This document shows, one piece after another, positions 25,807 through 38,272 of a DNA stretch of 64,000 nucleotides. The DNA lies in the NCBI RefSeq assembly GCF_018350175.1, contig NC_058368.1:108502001-108566000 (forward strand). The letters are read 5' to 3'. The position numbers were made by a program, and so were the translations under genes. This DNA is from Felis catus. Its lineage: Eukaryota. Position 1 is the stretch's first letter. Every line of letters starts with the position of its first letter. The notes under the pieces are model-generated. The model had not been told where the DNA came from. It ran no database searches and saw only the letters and a list, made by a program, of their open reading frames with translations.

Positions 25807-25881
25807 GTATTGAGACTTCCACAGATACTGCTGCCAGTCCGTGCAGTAAAAACTTTGCTAAGCATAAGCTGTGGAGGGGAA
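25807..25881 (-). CDS. FNIP1: FNIP1 coding exon 5 (75 nt), [24 protein letters not shown](T)
   Basis: Acceptor tcttcatag| after a polypyrimidine tract, donor TAC|gtaagt; phase 2-2; follows a 252-nt intron. Confidence 0.97.
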
Positions 25882-26133
25882 CTATGAAGAAAAAGAAAGA
25901 AAGAAAGAGATCAAAACTAAGACAAGGAACTTCTCAATTTATTATAAATCAAAATATGTAAGTGACAGACATTTCACTGTATAGTTACAACAGTCCTGAA
26001 GTAGCATGAACCCCACAAAATATCATAAAGAGTATCTGACATGCTCAATCTGCATGAAGACTATATGAAATTCTCTCATGTTTAAAAATTACATATTCTA
26101 ACATGGATAATGAAAAATCAGAAAAGCCCTCAC

Positions 26134-26234
26134 CGGATCTGATGAATTTTTAAGGTAGATCCTTTGTAGCTCATTGCTACCGAGCCAAACATCATCTCTC
26201 CAAGCATATTGGCATCAGAAGAGCACCGGGAACC
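26134..26234 (-). CDS. FNIP1: FNIP1 coding exon 4 (101 nt), [33 protein letters not shown](R)
   Basis: Conserved FNIP motif [15 protein letters not shown]; acceptor tttttttag|, donor CCG|gtgagg. Confidence 0.97.
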
Positions 26235-26344
26235 CTAAAAAAATAACGATAACATTAATCAAATTGCAGAATGTCAAACCTTATGACTATTTCCAATATT
26301 GAATTTTATTGACAATTGCTTTGCTATAGTTATTCTACATAATG

Positions 26345-26560
26345 GTTTTTTTTTTTTAACGTTTATTTATTATTGAGAAGCAGAGCGAGGCAGAGCATGA
26401 GAATGGGAGGTGCCGAGAGATGGGGAGACACAGAATCCGAAGCAGGCTCCAGGCTCTGAGCTGTCAGCACAGGGCCTGATGCAGTGCTCGAACTCACAAA
26501 CCCAGAGATCATGACCTGAGCTGAAGTCGGATGCTTAACCGACTGAGCCATCCAGGCGCT
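26345..26560 (-). mobile_element. Felid Can-SINE
   Basis: SINE body; TSD ctacataatg. Confidence 0.9.
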
Positions 26561-26789
26561 GCTACATAATGATTTTTTTAAGTGATACTACACTGTATAC
26601 ACTGTTCTATAGCTTGATTTTCTCCATTTCACAATGTCTTACACATCTAACTATACGGTTATACAAAGATTCCTTTTGAACAGCTGCATAGTATTCTACT
26701 GTATGAAAATACCACAGTTCCCCTTACTGATGGGCTCTTTAGGTTACTTCCAGGTTTTTGCTATTACAATATTGCTTAAATGAACATTC

Positions 26790-26828
26790 CTTTTTTTTTT
26801 TTTTTAAGTTTAGTTATTTTTGAGAAAG

Positions 26829-26870
<42 letters not shown>

Positions 26871-27054
26871 AGGGAGGGAGGGAGGCAGGCAGGGGGAGGG
26901 GCAGAGAGGGAGAGACAGAGAATCCCAAGCAGGCTCCACAGGGTCAGCACAGAGACTGACATGGAGCTTGATCCCACAAACCATGAGATCGTGACCTGAG
27001 CTGAGATCAAGAGTCAGACACTTAGCCAACTCAAGTGAGCCACCCAGGTGCCCC
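26790..27054 (-). mobile_element. Can-SINE
   Basis: SINE body; TSD ttaaatgaacattc. Confidence 0.9.
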
Positions 27055-27474
27055 TTAAATGAACATTCTTAACCACATCTTGTGCATATGCAATGTTTCT
27101 CCAGGACAGACAATAAGAAACAGAATTCATTGAACATGCAGAACAGTTTTCACCACTCCTGCTGTACAAAAGAGATATTCACAAACACGGTAATTTACCT
27201 CTACTTTGTATTTTTTTAAAAGGACTTATTTAAAACATGAGAATATCTCATTCTCAAAGAACTCCAATTAAAAGTTATTCCTTTCCATCATTTTGTCTTT
27301 AATTATCATCCATTTCATCACTAATTAGATACTGTGGTAAATATCACTAATTACCCCCTGAAATATCTTATTCCTTATTTTTTGAAGTCTAATGTGTTTC
27401 AGGGCAGCAACGTGCCCAACTGAAAAAAAAGAAAAAACAACTGCATTTCACATCCTCCCTTAAAGACAAACTTA

Positions 27475-27700
27475 GGGGCGCCTGGGTGGCTCAGTTAGTT
27501 GGGCATCCAACTTCAGCTCAGGTTATGATCTCTCGGTTCATGGGTTCAAGCCCTACGTCAGGCTCTGTGCTGACAGCTTGGAATCTAGAGCCTGTTTCAT
27601 ATTCTTTGTCTCCCTCTCTCTCTCTGTTCCTTCCCCACTTACACACTCTCTCTCTTTCTCTCTCTCAAAAATAAATAAAAGATTTTTTTAATTAAAAAAA
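27475..27700 (+). mobile_element. Felid Can-SINE
   Basis: ggggcgcctgggtggctcag head; TSD-like aaagacaaactta / aaagacaaattta. Confidence 0.9.
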
Positions 27701-28645
27701 AAAGACAAATTTAGAGTTGGTTTCCACATTTCGAGGGTTAAACTAATGGCTGGAGTTGCAGCTTTCACAATTTATACATTTATATGCATGAGATATAAAT
27801 GAAAGTCACTGGAGATGGAGATACCATATTAGGAACACAGAGCAACAATTTAACAATTTAACACATTAACTCTGGGTAAGTAGAAAGATAAGGATACCTT
27901 GATCTCTAAAGCCATCTTGAACCCTAAATATCATACCTAGATGGCCTACCTTCAGACCTGTCATCCAGTGAAGAAAATAATCCCTAGGAAAAATGTAATT
28001 CCTAACTTGTAGTTATATAATAAAACTGATAAGAAAGAGGACCTAAGTAACTATCTAAGATAATAATTATTCACAAATTTCATTAAATCATTCTATCATA
28101 AAAAATCAAGAATTAGGAGTTTTAAGAAAATACTTAAAAGACTCTTCTGATATTAACAATAAAGTAACAAGGACCCTCATTTTACACGTGGAGGATAGGA
28201 AATATACCTGTACACTATTTTTATTTTTATGTGATTCTTCTACTCTTTTGCTTATTTACTGCCCATTTTGGATTAAAGAAATCTATGTATTTACATTTGT
28301 CAACCTTTCTTAAAAGAGACATCTTCAAATAACAATCCATTTCATCATAATTATTTCATATTAGTTTTAAATATATATTCACTTACATATTTTTTCTCTC
28401 TTAGGTGTTAGCCTTAATTTTGTTTTAATAAAGACAAAAAGCTAATGTTTAAAGAAAAAAACACTTTTGATATACCTATTTAATAAAAGAACTCATCTAG
28501 GGATTTGGTTAAGAAAAAACTTTTATTTCAAAACACAAAGGTTTGGGTACTAAAAGTAACATTTTAGAAACAGAGACAAATAATTTTTTAATGATCAAAT
28601 GGGAGGGTCTTTTTTTTTTTCTCCTAAAAAAAAAGATCAATGCAA

Positions 28646-28832
28646 GGGGTGCCTGCGTGGCTCAGTCCGTAGCATCTGACTCCTGATTTCTGCTCAGGTC
28701 ATAATCTCACAGTCGTGAGATGGAGCCCCGCGTTGGGCTCCACGCTGCTTAAGATTCTCTCTCTCCCTCCTACTTCCCCTCCCCAGCTACTGTTCCACCC
28801 GTATCCAAAAAAAAAAAAAAAAAAAAAAAAAA
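28646..28832 (+). mobile_element. Can-SINE (short or internally deleted form)
   Basis: ggggtgcctgcgtggctcag head, long A tail. Confidence 0.85.
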
Positions 28833-29465
28833 ATTTAATGCCAACCCTACTTGGCAAACTACACTGCTTCTGGTTAATGACAGAAGTGAGAGCCTTCTCT
28901 TACAAGCTCATTTTCACTATAACGTGGCTAACTCCATTCTTATTTTGACTAAAATTATTATGAATTTAAGTATCAAAGCAGTTATAGATTTTAATACTAA
29001 ACTAGAAAAGAAACCTCAGAAACCAAAAAGCAGTAAAAATAAATTGGTGTTTAAATTTTATCAGACCATATAGTTCGCTAGTAAAGGTTCTCTTTGCCTA
29101 CTCTAATACATATCGAATACTCAGCATAAATGTCACTGGCATATTTATATATGACATAATCTATAATAAAGGTTATAATTTTAGAAGTGCTATTAGTTTA
29201 ATACTTTTTTTTATAATGCCCTTATTAAAAAGGCAATTTTTTGAACATACTCATTGTTGGAAGTTATTAATCTGTAATAATCTGTGTTAATCAAAGATAA
29301 TGTTCTAGTTACCTGAAATCACATTTTATCAAGGGTAGTGAACTATATGCTACAATAATTCAATGTCTCTTACTAAAAAAACAGAGTTCCATGACCATAC
29401 TCAGCCTACTATCAGAATATCTGGGCACAAAGCCTAGGAATCTGTACCTTAAAAAAGAAAATCTT

Positions 29466-29685
29466 GGGACACCTAGGTGACTCAGTCAGTTAAGCATCCA
29501 ACTCTTGGTTTTGGCTCAGGTCATGATCTTGCAGTTTCGTGAATTCAAGCCCCACATCAGGCTCTGCGCTAGTAGCACAGAGCCTGCTTAGGATTCTCTC
29601 TCTCCCTCTCTCTGCCCCTCCCCCACTCACACTGTCTCTGTCCTTCTCAAAATAAATAAATAAACTTTAAAAATAAAATCTTTTA
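29466..29685 (+). mobile_element. Can-SINE
   Basis: SINE body; TSD aaagaaaatct. Confidence 0.88.
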
Positions 29686-30625
29686 AAGAAAATCTCTAGA
29701 GATATTGATGCAATATAAGAGTCCAATCACTCAATGCTTCAGGGTTCCTATAATCTGTATCCATGTGCTAATTTTCAACTCCATAATCTTAGGAAGAAAG
29801 GCAAGCTTACACAATTCATCAAAGTAGTAAACATCCAAATTGGTATAAGTATGATGATGTCACATAGCATATAGCACAATTAGGAACTTATTAATGTATC
29901 ATGCTTAAGCTGGAGGAATAAAGGTGGACAGGGGAAATTATGTACTACCTCTTAATATCTGGATTTTAATAACTTCAGAGCTCTTTCATAGATACTGTCA
30001 TATTGACATCATATAAGGGTCACTTTCCTTCCAAACACGACTACCTAATTACAAATAATTTAAAAGCCCAGGATTCCATTTTGGTACCGCTAAATATAAA
30101 ATACTTGTGATGCATTCATGCAAGCTTGGATGACATGAATAAATTCACAGAGATGACATTTACTTGGTATGAAACCAAACACTTATGTGAAATATAACAA
30201 ATTTAAAGAGAAGTTACTATTAGATACTATTTTGTTTAAGTTTGTATTTTAAAAGAAGAATCACATTACTTTTGAAAAACAAAAATGTCCATTTCTGCAT
30301 GTGTATAGTTCCAATCATACTTAATTTCATTAATTAAAGATATCTAAAATAAATTATTCTCATAACCCAAAAAATCTGGTAAATAAAAGGGAGAAAATAC
30401 TCCTGGCTACCTATGACCATAGTTTTCTGTACTTTTCCTAAGATGTATCAAAATGCATAAATATACTTCTTTAATTATCTGTCTCCACAGCTACAAATGT
30501 AAGCTCCAGGAGGGTAAGGACTAGTTCCTATTGTACGGCAATCCCTAGGATGGTGCATAACACATCACGGACACTCAAAAATATTTGTAAATTAATGAAT
30601 AAGTAAATGACATCAATGATCTTAC

Positions 30626-30760
30626 TTGGTACTTAGGACATTGGTCCTTTACATCAGAAGATGAAGTCACAGAACTATCCAGTGAGGAAGAACTGTCTCC
30701 TCCAGGTTTCAACTGGCAGCATTTCCCAAAGACTTTTACTTGAGCATCACTACAGAGTTT
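30626..30760 (-). CDS. FNIP1: FNIP1 coding exon 3 (135 nt), [45 protein letters not shown]
   Basis: Inside ORF 30575..30784; acceptor tctatttcag|, donor CAA|gtaaga; phase 0-0. Confidence 0.97.
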
Positions 30761-31414
30761 CTGAAATAGAGATATTATTCCCATTCATGTTTTAACAAAC
30801 TTTTCACCATACACAAGTTTAATTTACAGTATAAAAGCCTTTAGAAAAAACAAGTATGAAATAATTCAAAATATAGCCTTAATATATTGATTTTACTACA
30901 TTTTCTCCAGTACTGTTCTCTATTCTTAATCTCATAATTGTAATAATATTTGTTGGGTTTGTGTTGTGCTTTTCTCATAAACATTGTTAAATCAAGGGAG
31001 TTTTTCTATATTATTATGGTCTACAACAATATTCTTTACAAGTGACTTAAGAGATGGCAGCAGTTTTCAAAGTATTTGATCTCAAACTCCATTTAGGCCT
31101 TTTGTTTCTGTGAGTTAGATCTATCAATATTTTCCCATATAAGACATTAAAGCTGAGAAATTTTAAAATATTAATTCACTTAAATATAATAATATACCCA
31201 TTACAAGTTAACATAAATAACATATTTTTAAGAAAGAAAATTTCTATGCAGATATGTAGGGATAAGACGAGAAATACAAAGCTTTCATATTTTACTAAAT
31301 GTATGTGTATCTGTTTACATATATTAAACATACATGTTTATTATTTTGAAATGAGAATGTATTCATGTGTTGAACAGTTAAATGTTTTGTTTTGTTTTGT
31401 TTTTTGCCTTTTAA

Positions 31415-31632
31415 AAAATTTAAATCCATGATAGTTTACACATAGTGTAATAATGATTTCAGGAATAGAATTTAGCAATTCATCACCTACATGTAACACC
31501 CAGTGCTCATCCCAACAAGGGCCCTCCTTAATGCCCATCACCCATTTAACCAATGCTCCCCCCACCCAACTCCCCTCCAGCAACCCTCAGTTTGTTCTCC
31601 ATATTTAAGTCTCTTGGTTTGCTTCCCTCTCT
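31415..31632 (-). mobile_element. Short carnivore L1 3'UTR fragment
   Basis: Highly similar to 20750-20960 (cccagtgctc...ctccctccagcaaccct). Confidence 0.85.
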
Positions 31633-32170
31633 TAACAAACTTTTAATAAGAGCTAAGTTTAGGACAAGAAGGTTGTACAGTGGCATAGTATGAAAGCATA
31701 ATGTATTTCTATTCCTTTTTCTTCATTCTCTTGCTTTTCTCCCACTCCCAGATTCTAGAGCTTTCACTGCTCACAACTACCAAAGGTGCAATCTACCATG
31801 GACTTTGATACTCCTAAAAATATTTTGGTGCTTTATCACAGTTACCAGTATGTACACTCTTCCATGTAACAGACCTCACGTAGGTTTTCAGAGGAAGTAA
31901 TCTGACTGAAATCACAGTTTTTGAAGATCAACTGTTTTATAGATGCCATCACCACCAAGGGCATTATAAAAGAGAACACCTGGTAATTCCAAAATCACCT
32001 CTAACCAAAAATGTAGAGAGACAGCATGATAAACTAAAATGAATAAAGGTTTTACAACTAAAAAGATGTGAATTTAAATCCTGGCTCAGCGAGTTACCTG
32101 ACCTCGCTAAATTTATCTATTTAATGGAAAGAAAAACCCTATCTAATGGGCAGGGTATTTGTGACACTTA

Positions 32171-32173
<3 letters not shown>

Positions 32174-32220
<47 letters not shown>
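32174..32220. repeat. (GT)n microsatellite
   Basis: Directly visible. Confidence 0.95.
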
Positions 32221-32221
<1 letters not shown>

Positions 32222-32649
32222 TCCATATGTACTTATATATAAAATACATAAAGTGCTCTATACAGCATCTAGAACTAGCATGTGCTTACTGGTTTGTAGC
32301 TATAAATGATATTAGAAAAAAGTTAAAGTAAGAAGCTAAAATAACTGAATACCTACTTTGGAGTCAGGAAATTCAGTAGATATTTCCATGTATATTATTT
32401 CATTTAAACACTTACTAAAATATTGATATTTTTGGTACTGATATTCTTGGCCACATCTTAACAACCTTCTATTTAATGATCACCATCGAAATGCTAGGTC
32501 TTTAAAACTATTTTCTTTAATACTCAGGGTGGTAGATATTATAGCCCAGTTTAATGCATAAGAAACATGAAGCCCAGAGAGTTTAAGTAACTTCACCAAA
32601 GTTATAACTACATAATATGCTTAAAGGCAAAACCAGGTGGTTTTACATG

Positions 32650-33602
32650 AAAGATACTCGATATTACTAGTGATTAGGGAAATATAAATTAAAACCACAA
32701 TAAGGTATCACCTCATGTCTATTAGAATGGTCATCATCAATTAGTTGAGAGATAACAAACACTAGCATGGATCTGGAGAAAAGGGAACCTTTGTATACTC
32801 TTGCTAAGACTACAAATTGGTGCAGCCACTTTGAAAAACAGCATGGAGGAACCTCAAAATATTAAAAATAGAACTGTATTACAATCCAACAATTCCACTT
32901 CTGGGAATACATATCCAAATGAAATGAAAACTAACTCAAAAATATATCTGCACCCATGTTCATAGCAGCATTATTTACAATAGTTAAGACATGGAAAGAA
33001 CCTAAGTTTCTATTGACAGATGAATGGATAAAGAAGTTGTAACATAACTTCTTTGTTGTACACAAACTATATTATTTTGCACACATGTAATGTACATTTG
33101 TAATGTACACATGTACACACTATATTGTGTACTATATGTACACAAACTATATTATTCAGCCACAAAAAATTAGGAAATCCTACAATTTGTGACAACATAG
33201 ATGGACCCTGAAAGCATTAGGCTAAATGAAATGTCAGACAAAGAAAAGCAAATACTGTTCAGACTTGTAGTCACCAGAAGTGGAGGGTATGGGGAGGCAG
33301 ATTTAGAGGAAGGTGGTCAAGAGGTACCAATTTCCAGTAATAATAAGTACTAGGGATGTAATAATGCACAACACAATAATAGATAACACTGCTTCGTAAT
33401 ATTATAGGAAAGTTGTTAACAGAGTAAATTCTAGGGGCACCTGGTTGGCTCAGTTGGTTGAGTGTCCAACTTCGACTCAGGTCATGATCTCACTGGTTGT
33501 GAGTTCGAGCCCCGCATCAGGCTCTGTGCTGACAGCTCAGAGCCTGGAGCCTGCTTCAGATTCTGTGTCTCCCTCTCTCTATCTGCCCCTTCCCCACTAG
33601 CG

Positions 33603-33646
<44 letters not shown>

Positions 33647-33900
33647 TTCCTCTCTCCCTCTCTCTCTCAAAAAAAAAATATTAAAAACAATTTTTTAAAG
33701 AGTAAATTCTAATAGTTCTCAGCATAAATAGAATTTTTTCTTCCTTTTTTTTCTTTTCTTTTTATTCTGTCTGTATGAGAAGATAAATGTTAGCTGAATC
33801 TATGCTGGTAACCATTTCATGGTATACGTAAAGCAAACCATCAGGCTGTATATCTTAAACTTATGGAATGATATATGTCAATTATTTGTCAATAAAACTC
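32650..33900 (+). mobile_element. Old L1 3' end interrupted by a SINE
   Basis: aaaaccacaataaggtatcacctca, cacccatgttcatagcagca, 3'UTR. Confidence 0.85.
33434..33697 (+). mobile_element. Felid Can-SINE nested in L1
   Basis: TSD AGAGTAAATTCTA; long (CT)n. Confidence 0.92.
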
Positions 33901-34849
33901 AATTTGAATACAATGTATACCAAAAACTAAGAAACAGTTGAATGAAACAGTCCTTTTCCTCATGGAACTAACAATCAAATGAGAGAAAGAGGCATTTAAC
34001 AAATAATTAGACAACTATGTATAATGAAATATAATATTTCAAATATGTTCTTTTATGTTAGCAATAGCTAACTCATTGTACTTACTATGTGCCTAGGCAC
34101 TATTCCATTTTACACACAGTTATTCTTTTATTCCTCACAACAACTCTAGGAAGTATTATAATTATCCCCACATTAAAATAGAGGTTAAGGATCAATGATA
34201 CTTAAGTGAACTGTCCAAGAGAGGACTTAACCTAGTCTAGGGAAACCAAAAAATGACATTTAACCCAGGACTACAAAAAAGCACAGGAGTTAAGATGAAA
34301 GAGGAAGAGTGGGAGGGCTAGAAAGATATTCTAGGCTGAGGGACCTTGGTATATCCAATCTCTGAATCATGAAGCAATCTGCTATAGGGAGGAAAGGGAC
34401 AAACATCCATCAGTTTCAGGACTGAAGCATTAAAGTATACATAAAATTTCTTACTACACACACACACACACCCACCCACACACACACCCCCCCACACACA
34501 CCCCTCTCTCCTACTAACTCCTCAGCTGTCCAGAGTCTTTTCTCCCTCCCATTCTGAAGTCATGGCTTTTCTGAATCCACATAGCAACAACTTCACGGGA
34601 AGATGGTCTAATGAGGGGAGAGGGCACAGTCTGCAACCCTCAGGTAGACAGACATAGGCCTTCTATGAGCACAACCACAGAGCAAAAGGATTCAGTTTTC
34701 TTATCTCACTTTCATTCCAAAAAGAATGATGCCATGCTTTATTTTTAACCCACAAAAAATCATGCTCTACTTACGCATAAAAAATAAGTTATAAACACCA
34801 CTGAAAAAAAACCTGGCTTCTTATAAATGGATTCTAATTTTTATTAACT

Positions 34850-35800
34850 TTTTTTTAACATTTTCACAAACAAGTTGCAAACTTAGTTCAAAGAATTATT
34901 TTTTCCTGAACCAAATGGGAATAAGCTGACTACCTGAGATGCTATGAACTACAGCATCAATACTTCAATGTGTATTTTCTACAAACAAGGACATTCCCTT
35001 ACATAATCATAATACAGCCACTTTTCATGTGGCATATGATTTCAATGCCCATTAATGATAATATTCTTAATACTGATGATCACTTGATTAAGGTGGCACC
35101 TACCAAGCAACCTCACTGTAAACAAACTTTTTTCTCCTTTGTAATTAATAATATTTTGATAAGGGGTGGGGGGAAAATGAAATTCGTATGCTATTTTATT
35201 TTTATGCCATAAAAATGCTGTTTCTCATCAAACTTTCAACTTATTTATATCAGTATAAACTCATGGTTTTCTATTTCATCCAATGGGTTGTAATCTGCTA
35301 CTATCATTATTTGTTTTTATGCTAGAGTTTTCCCTATTTAGCCAGTGACAGGCCCTTCATGCTGGTTTCTATGTCCCTTTGACATGTTCCCATCATTGTT
35401 TAAGCTTCTGGCACAAGTTCCAGGCTTTTCTTTTTCTTTCCCTGCTCCAGTCTAAGGACCAGTCATTTCCCTAAAGAGCCCTGGTTCATTCTAATGGAGA
35501 AGGGAATTAAGACATTAAGATCTAGATACTAGGTATGAGCCCACATGTTGGGGTCTCATTGTGCTTCTGCTCTCACTGCTCTGACAGGACTGAGGAGTAC
35601 ACATATGTATCTAACATATCCATAAACAAGTTTACATTTACATTTATTGCATTTGAGTATATACATGCGTGTACATATATATTAAAACATAAATTTGCAC
35701 CAATAAATCCAATTCCATTCCAAGACTACAAGGTTCTTCTAGTTTTCTCATTTATAACTCCCTTTTCTAACAATCAGAACAACATGCCTTTCATTAGCCT
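34850..35800 (-). mobile_element. Probable ancient L1 (L1MC/MD-type) 3'UTR relic
   Basis: Degenerate motifs such as caaggacattcccttacataatcataataca and agtcatttccctaaagagccctggttc; recognition from memory only. Confidence 0.55.
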
Positions 35801-36853
35801 TCAAATGTGTTTATTTTATCAATTCCCTTATATGAAACCAGTCTTTCATTTCTCACTCCCTCACCTGCATGGACATTTTCTTTTCCTCAGGCTCAGCGAG
35901 CCGAGATGGATGCCCTCAACATCCCACTTGGGCACTGACACTCTGTATCAGGCAGCAGCTATGGAGATGTCCTCCTTAACTTACTTGGGTTCTAATACTC
36001 TGCCTTGGACCACCATGTCTCAACCAACTGACATCAGTGTTCAGCCCTACCTAATGGCTTTAGGACTAAATTGTTCAGAAAGGGTAAATGGATGGAAGGT
36101 AGAAAGACATGGGGGATTAAAAATTTTAACCTTGACACATAACCATATTTTATGTTCCAGATTCTATATCACAACTGAAATTCAAATAAGTAACCAACAC
36201 TTACATGGTATTTTCAGTTTACAAGTCTTTCACATAAATTTTCAATTTTTTTCTTGTTCAGTCAACTTTTAATAATTTTAAGTTGTACATAAGTAATCCA
36301 TTCATATGACTCAAAAGCAAAAACAAAATAAGTAAGTATACACACGGAAATCTAGAAACCCTTCTTGTAGTACCCTATTTCCCACTCCACATATTCCCAA
36401 TTAGTCACTTTAACTGGTTTATTATTATCCTTCTAAAATTTCTTTTTGCAAATAAAAACACAGTATTACTTTTCTTTCTCTATTACAGAAAAGGTAAGTA
36501 ATTCAGTTCTGTCCTTGCTTTATTTTCCTCTAAAAGCCTAGAGAATCTTTCCATTTATCGTTAGAAATCCTCCTCCTTCTTTTTTTCATACAGCTGAATA
36601 GTATTCCAGTGTGTAAATATATTATAGCTTATTTAACCATTCATCTGTTAAGGAAGGATACTGCTGGTGGAACTGCTGGATTAAAACAAGAATAAATAAG
36701 ACTTCCAGGGAAGATGGTGGAGTTGGAAGATCCTAACCACATGTCATCCCACGAACACAACTAACTAACACCCATATCAGTGTAAATAACCAAGAAAATG
36801 ACCCAAGACTGGCAGAACAGACTCCACAGCTAAATGTAGAGATAAGGTCACAC

Positions 36854-36920
36854 GGAAGGAAGGAAGGAAGGAAGGAAGGAAGGAAGGAAGGAAGGAAGGA
36901 AGGAAGGAAGGAAGGAAGGA
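36854..36920. repeat. (GGAA)n tetranucleotide microsatellite inside the L1 5'UTR
   Basis: Directly visible. Confidence 0.95.
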
Positions 36921-38079
36921 GGGAAGGAATCAGGAGTTAAATGGACCATGGGACTGTCTGCATAAGGGAAGGACACCAACATCACAGGCTCAGAGAGGGA
37001 TAAGAAACAGACCTTCAGGCCAAGCACCCTAAGCATAGGGATCCCATATAGGGAAGACCAGTCTCCATAACATTTGGCTTTTGAAAACCAGTGGGGCTTA
37101 ATCTCACAAGTTCTTACCATCAGTGGGGCTTAACACCTGGAGCTTTAAAATCAGCAGGCTCAGCTCTAGGAGAGCAGAGAGGGCAGAGGAAACTGAGTCC
37201 CCATGCATAAAGAGCACCAAAAACAGCCCTGTGGAGATACGGCATAGAAGCAGCAGTCTGAAAAATGCCTCAAGTATATGGGAGAGAGAGGTGTTTACTA
37301 ATCTCAGAGCATGTGTTGGAGGGACAGGGATCCTTGGAAGACTTTTCCAGGAAGAAAGGAGTTGGAAGGCACCATTTCCCTCCCCCACCTCCCCCACCCC
37401 CAGACTAGACACATGGACACTTGGGGGGAGAAACCTCAGCCCCGACAAGTTCCAACTAACTTGTTAACAGAGTACCACAGTCCTGTGTTCTCTTCCATAC
37501 AAGCCCCCTCCAACTATGCCTCATTCCAGGTCCTATCCCACAGCAGACCTGTCCAGACCTGGCTAATACTAAGAAGCCTGCCCCTGTTTTCTCCTGCAGA
37601 CTTGCCTCCTCCAACAGACCTTTGGACAGAGCCAGCCAAGGTAGTGCACAAACCTGAGAGTATGCAAGCAGCTTGGTAAGGGGCCAGGACCACGTCAAAG
37701 TGACTCCTGCACAAGGAGAGGGGAAGACAACCACACACACCAGTTCAAACTAGACTCTAGCAGTGGGCCTGGTCTGACTATAGATTCCACCCACCAATGA
37801 AAGCTTCAGAGGATAACACAGGCAAAGGTCCCTGTAGCACAATACACATTCAAGTGCACACAGAACATTCTCCAGAATAGATTGTATGTGAGGGTACAGA
37901 GTAAGTCTCAACAAATTCAAAAAGATCAAAGTCATTCCATGTATCTTTTCTGACCACAACACTATGAAACTAAAAAATCAACCACAAGAAAAAGTCTGGA
38001 AAGAACACAATACATGGAGGTTAAATAACATGCTACTAAACAATTCATGGGTCAACTGAGAAATCAAAAAGGAAATGAA

Positions 38080-38272
38080 AGGACGCCTGGGTGGCTTGGT
38101 CAGTTAAGTATCTGACTCTTGGTTTCAGCTTAGGTAATGATCTCATGGTCATGAGATCAAACCCTGCATTGGGCTCCATGCTGGGAGTGGAGCCTGCTTA
38201 GGATTCTCTCTCTCTTGCTCTGCCCCTCCCTCTCATGTGTGTGCCTTCTCACTCTCTCTGGGAAAAAAAAAA
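38080..38272 (+). mobile_element. Can-SINE nested in L1
   Basis: ggacgcctgggtggc head; TSD-like aaatcaaaaaggaaatg / aaatcagaggaaatg. Confidence 0.88.

Noticed and set aside
33040..33160. Short spaced repeats (tacacaaactatattatt twice, gtacac units)
   Set aside because: Local slippage duplications inside an L1; not a CRISPR-like or regular array
36848..37740. Cluster of 74-122 aa overlapping ORFs
   Set aside because: Stop-poor GC-rich L1 5'UTR sequence
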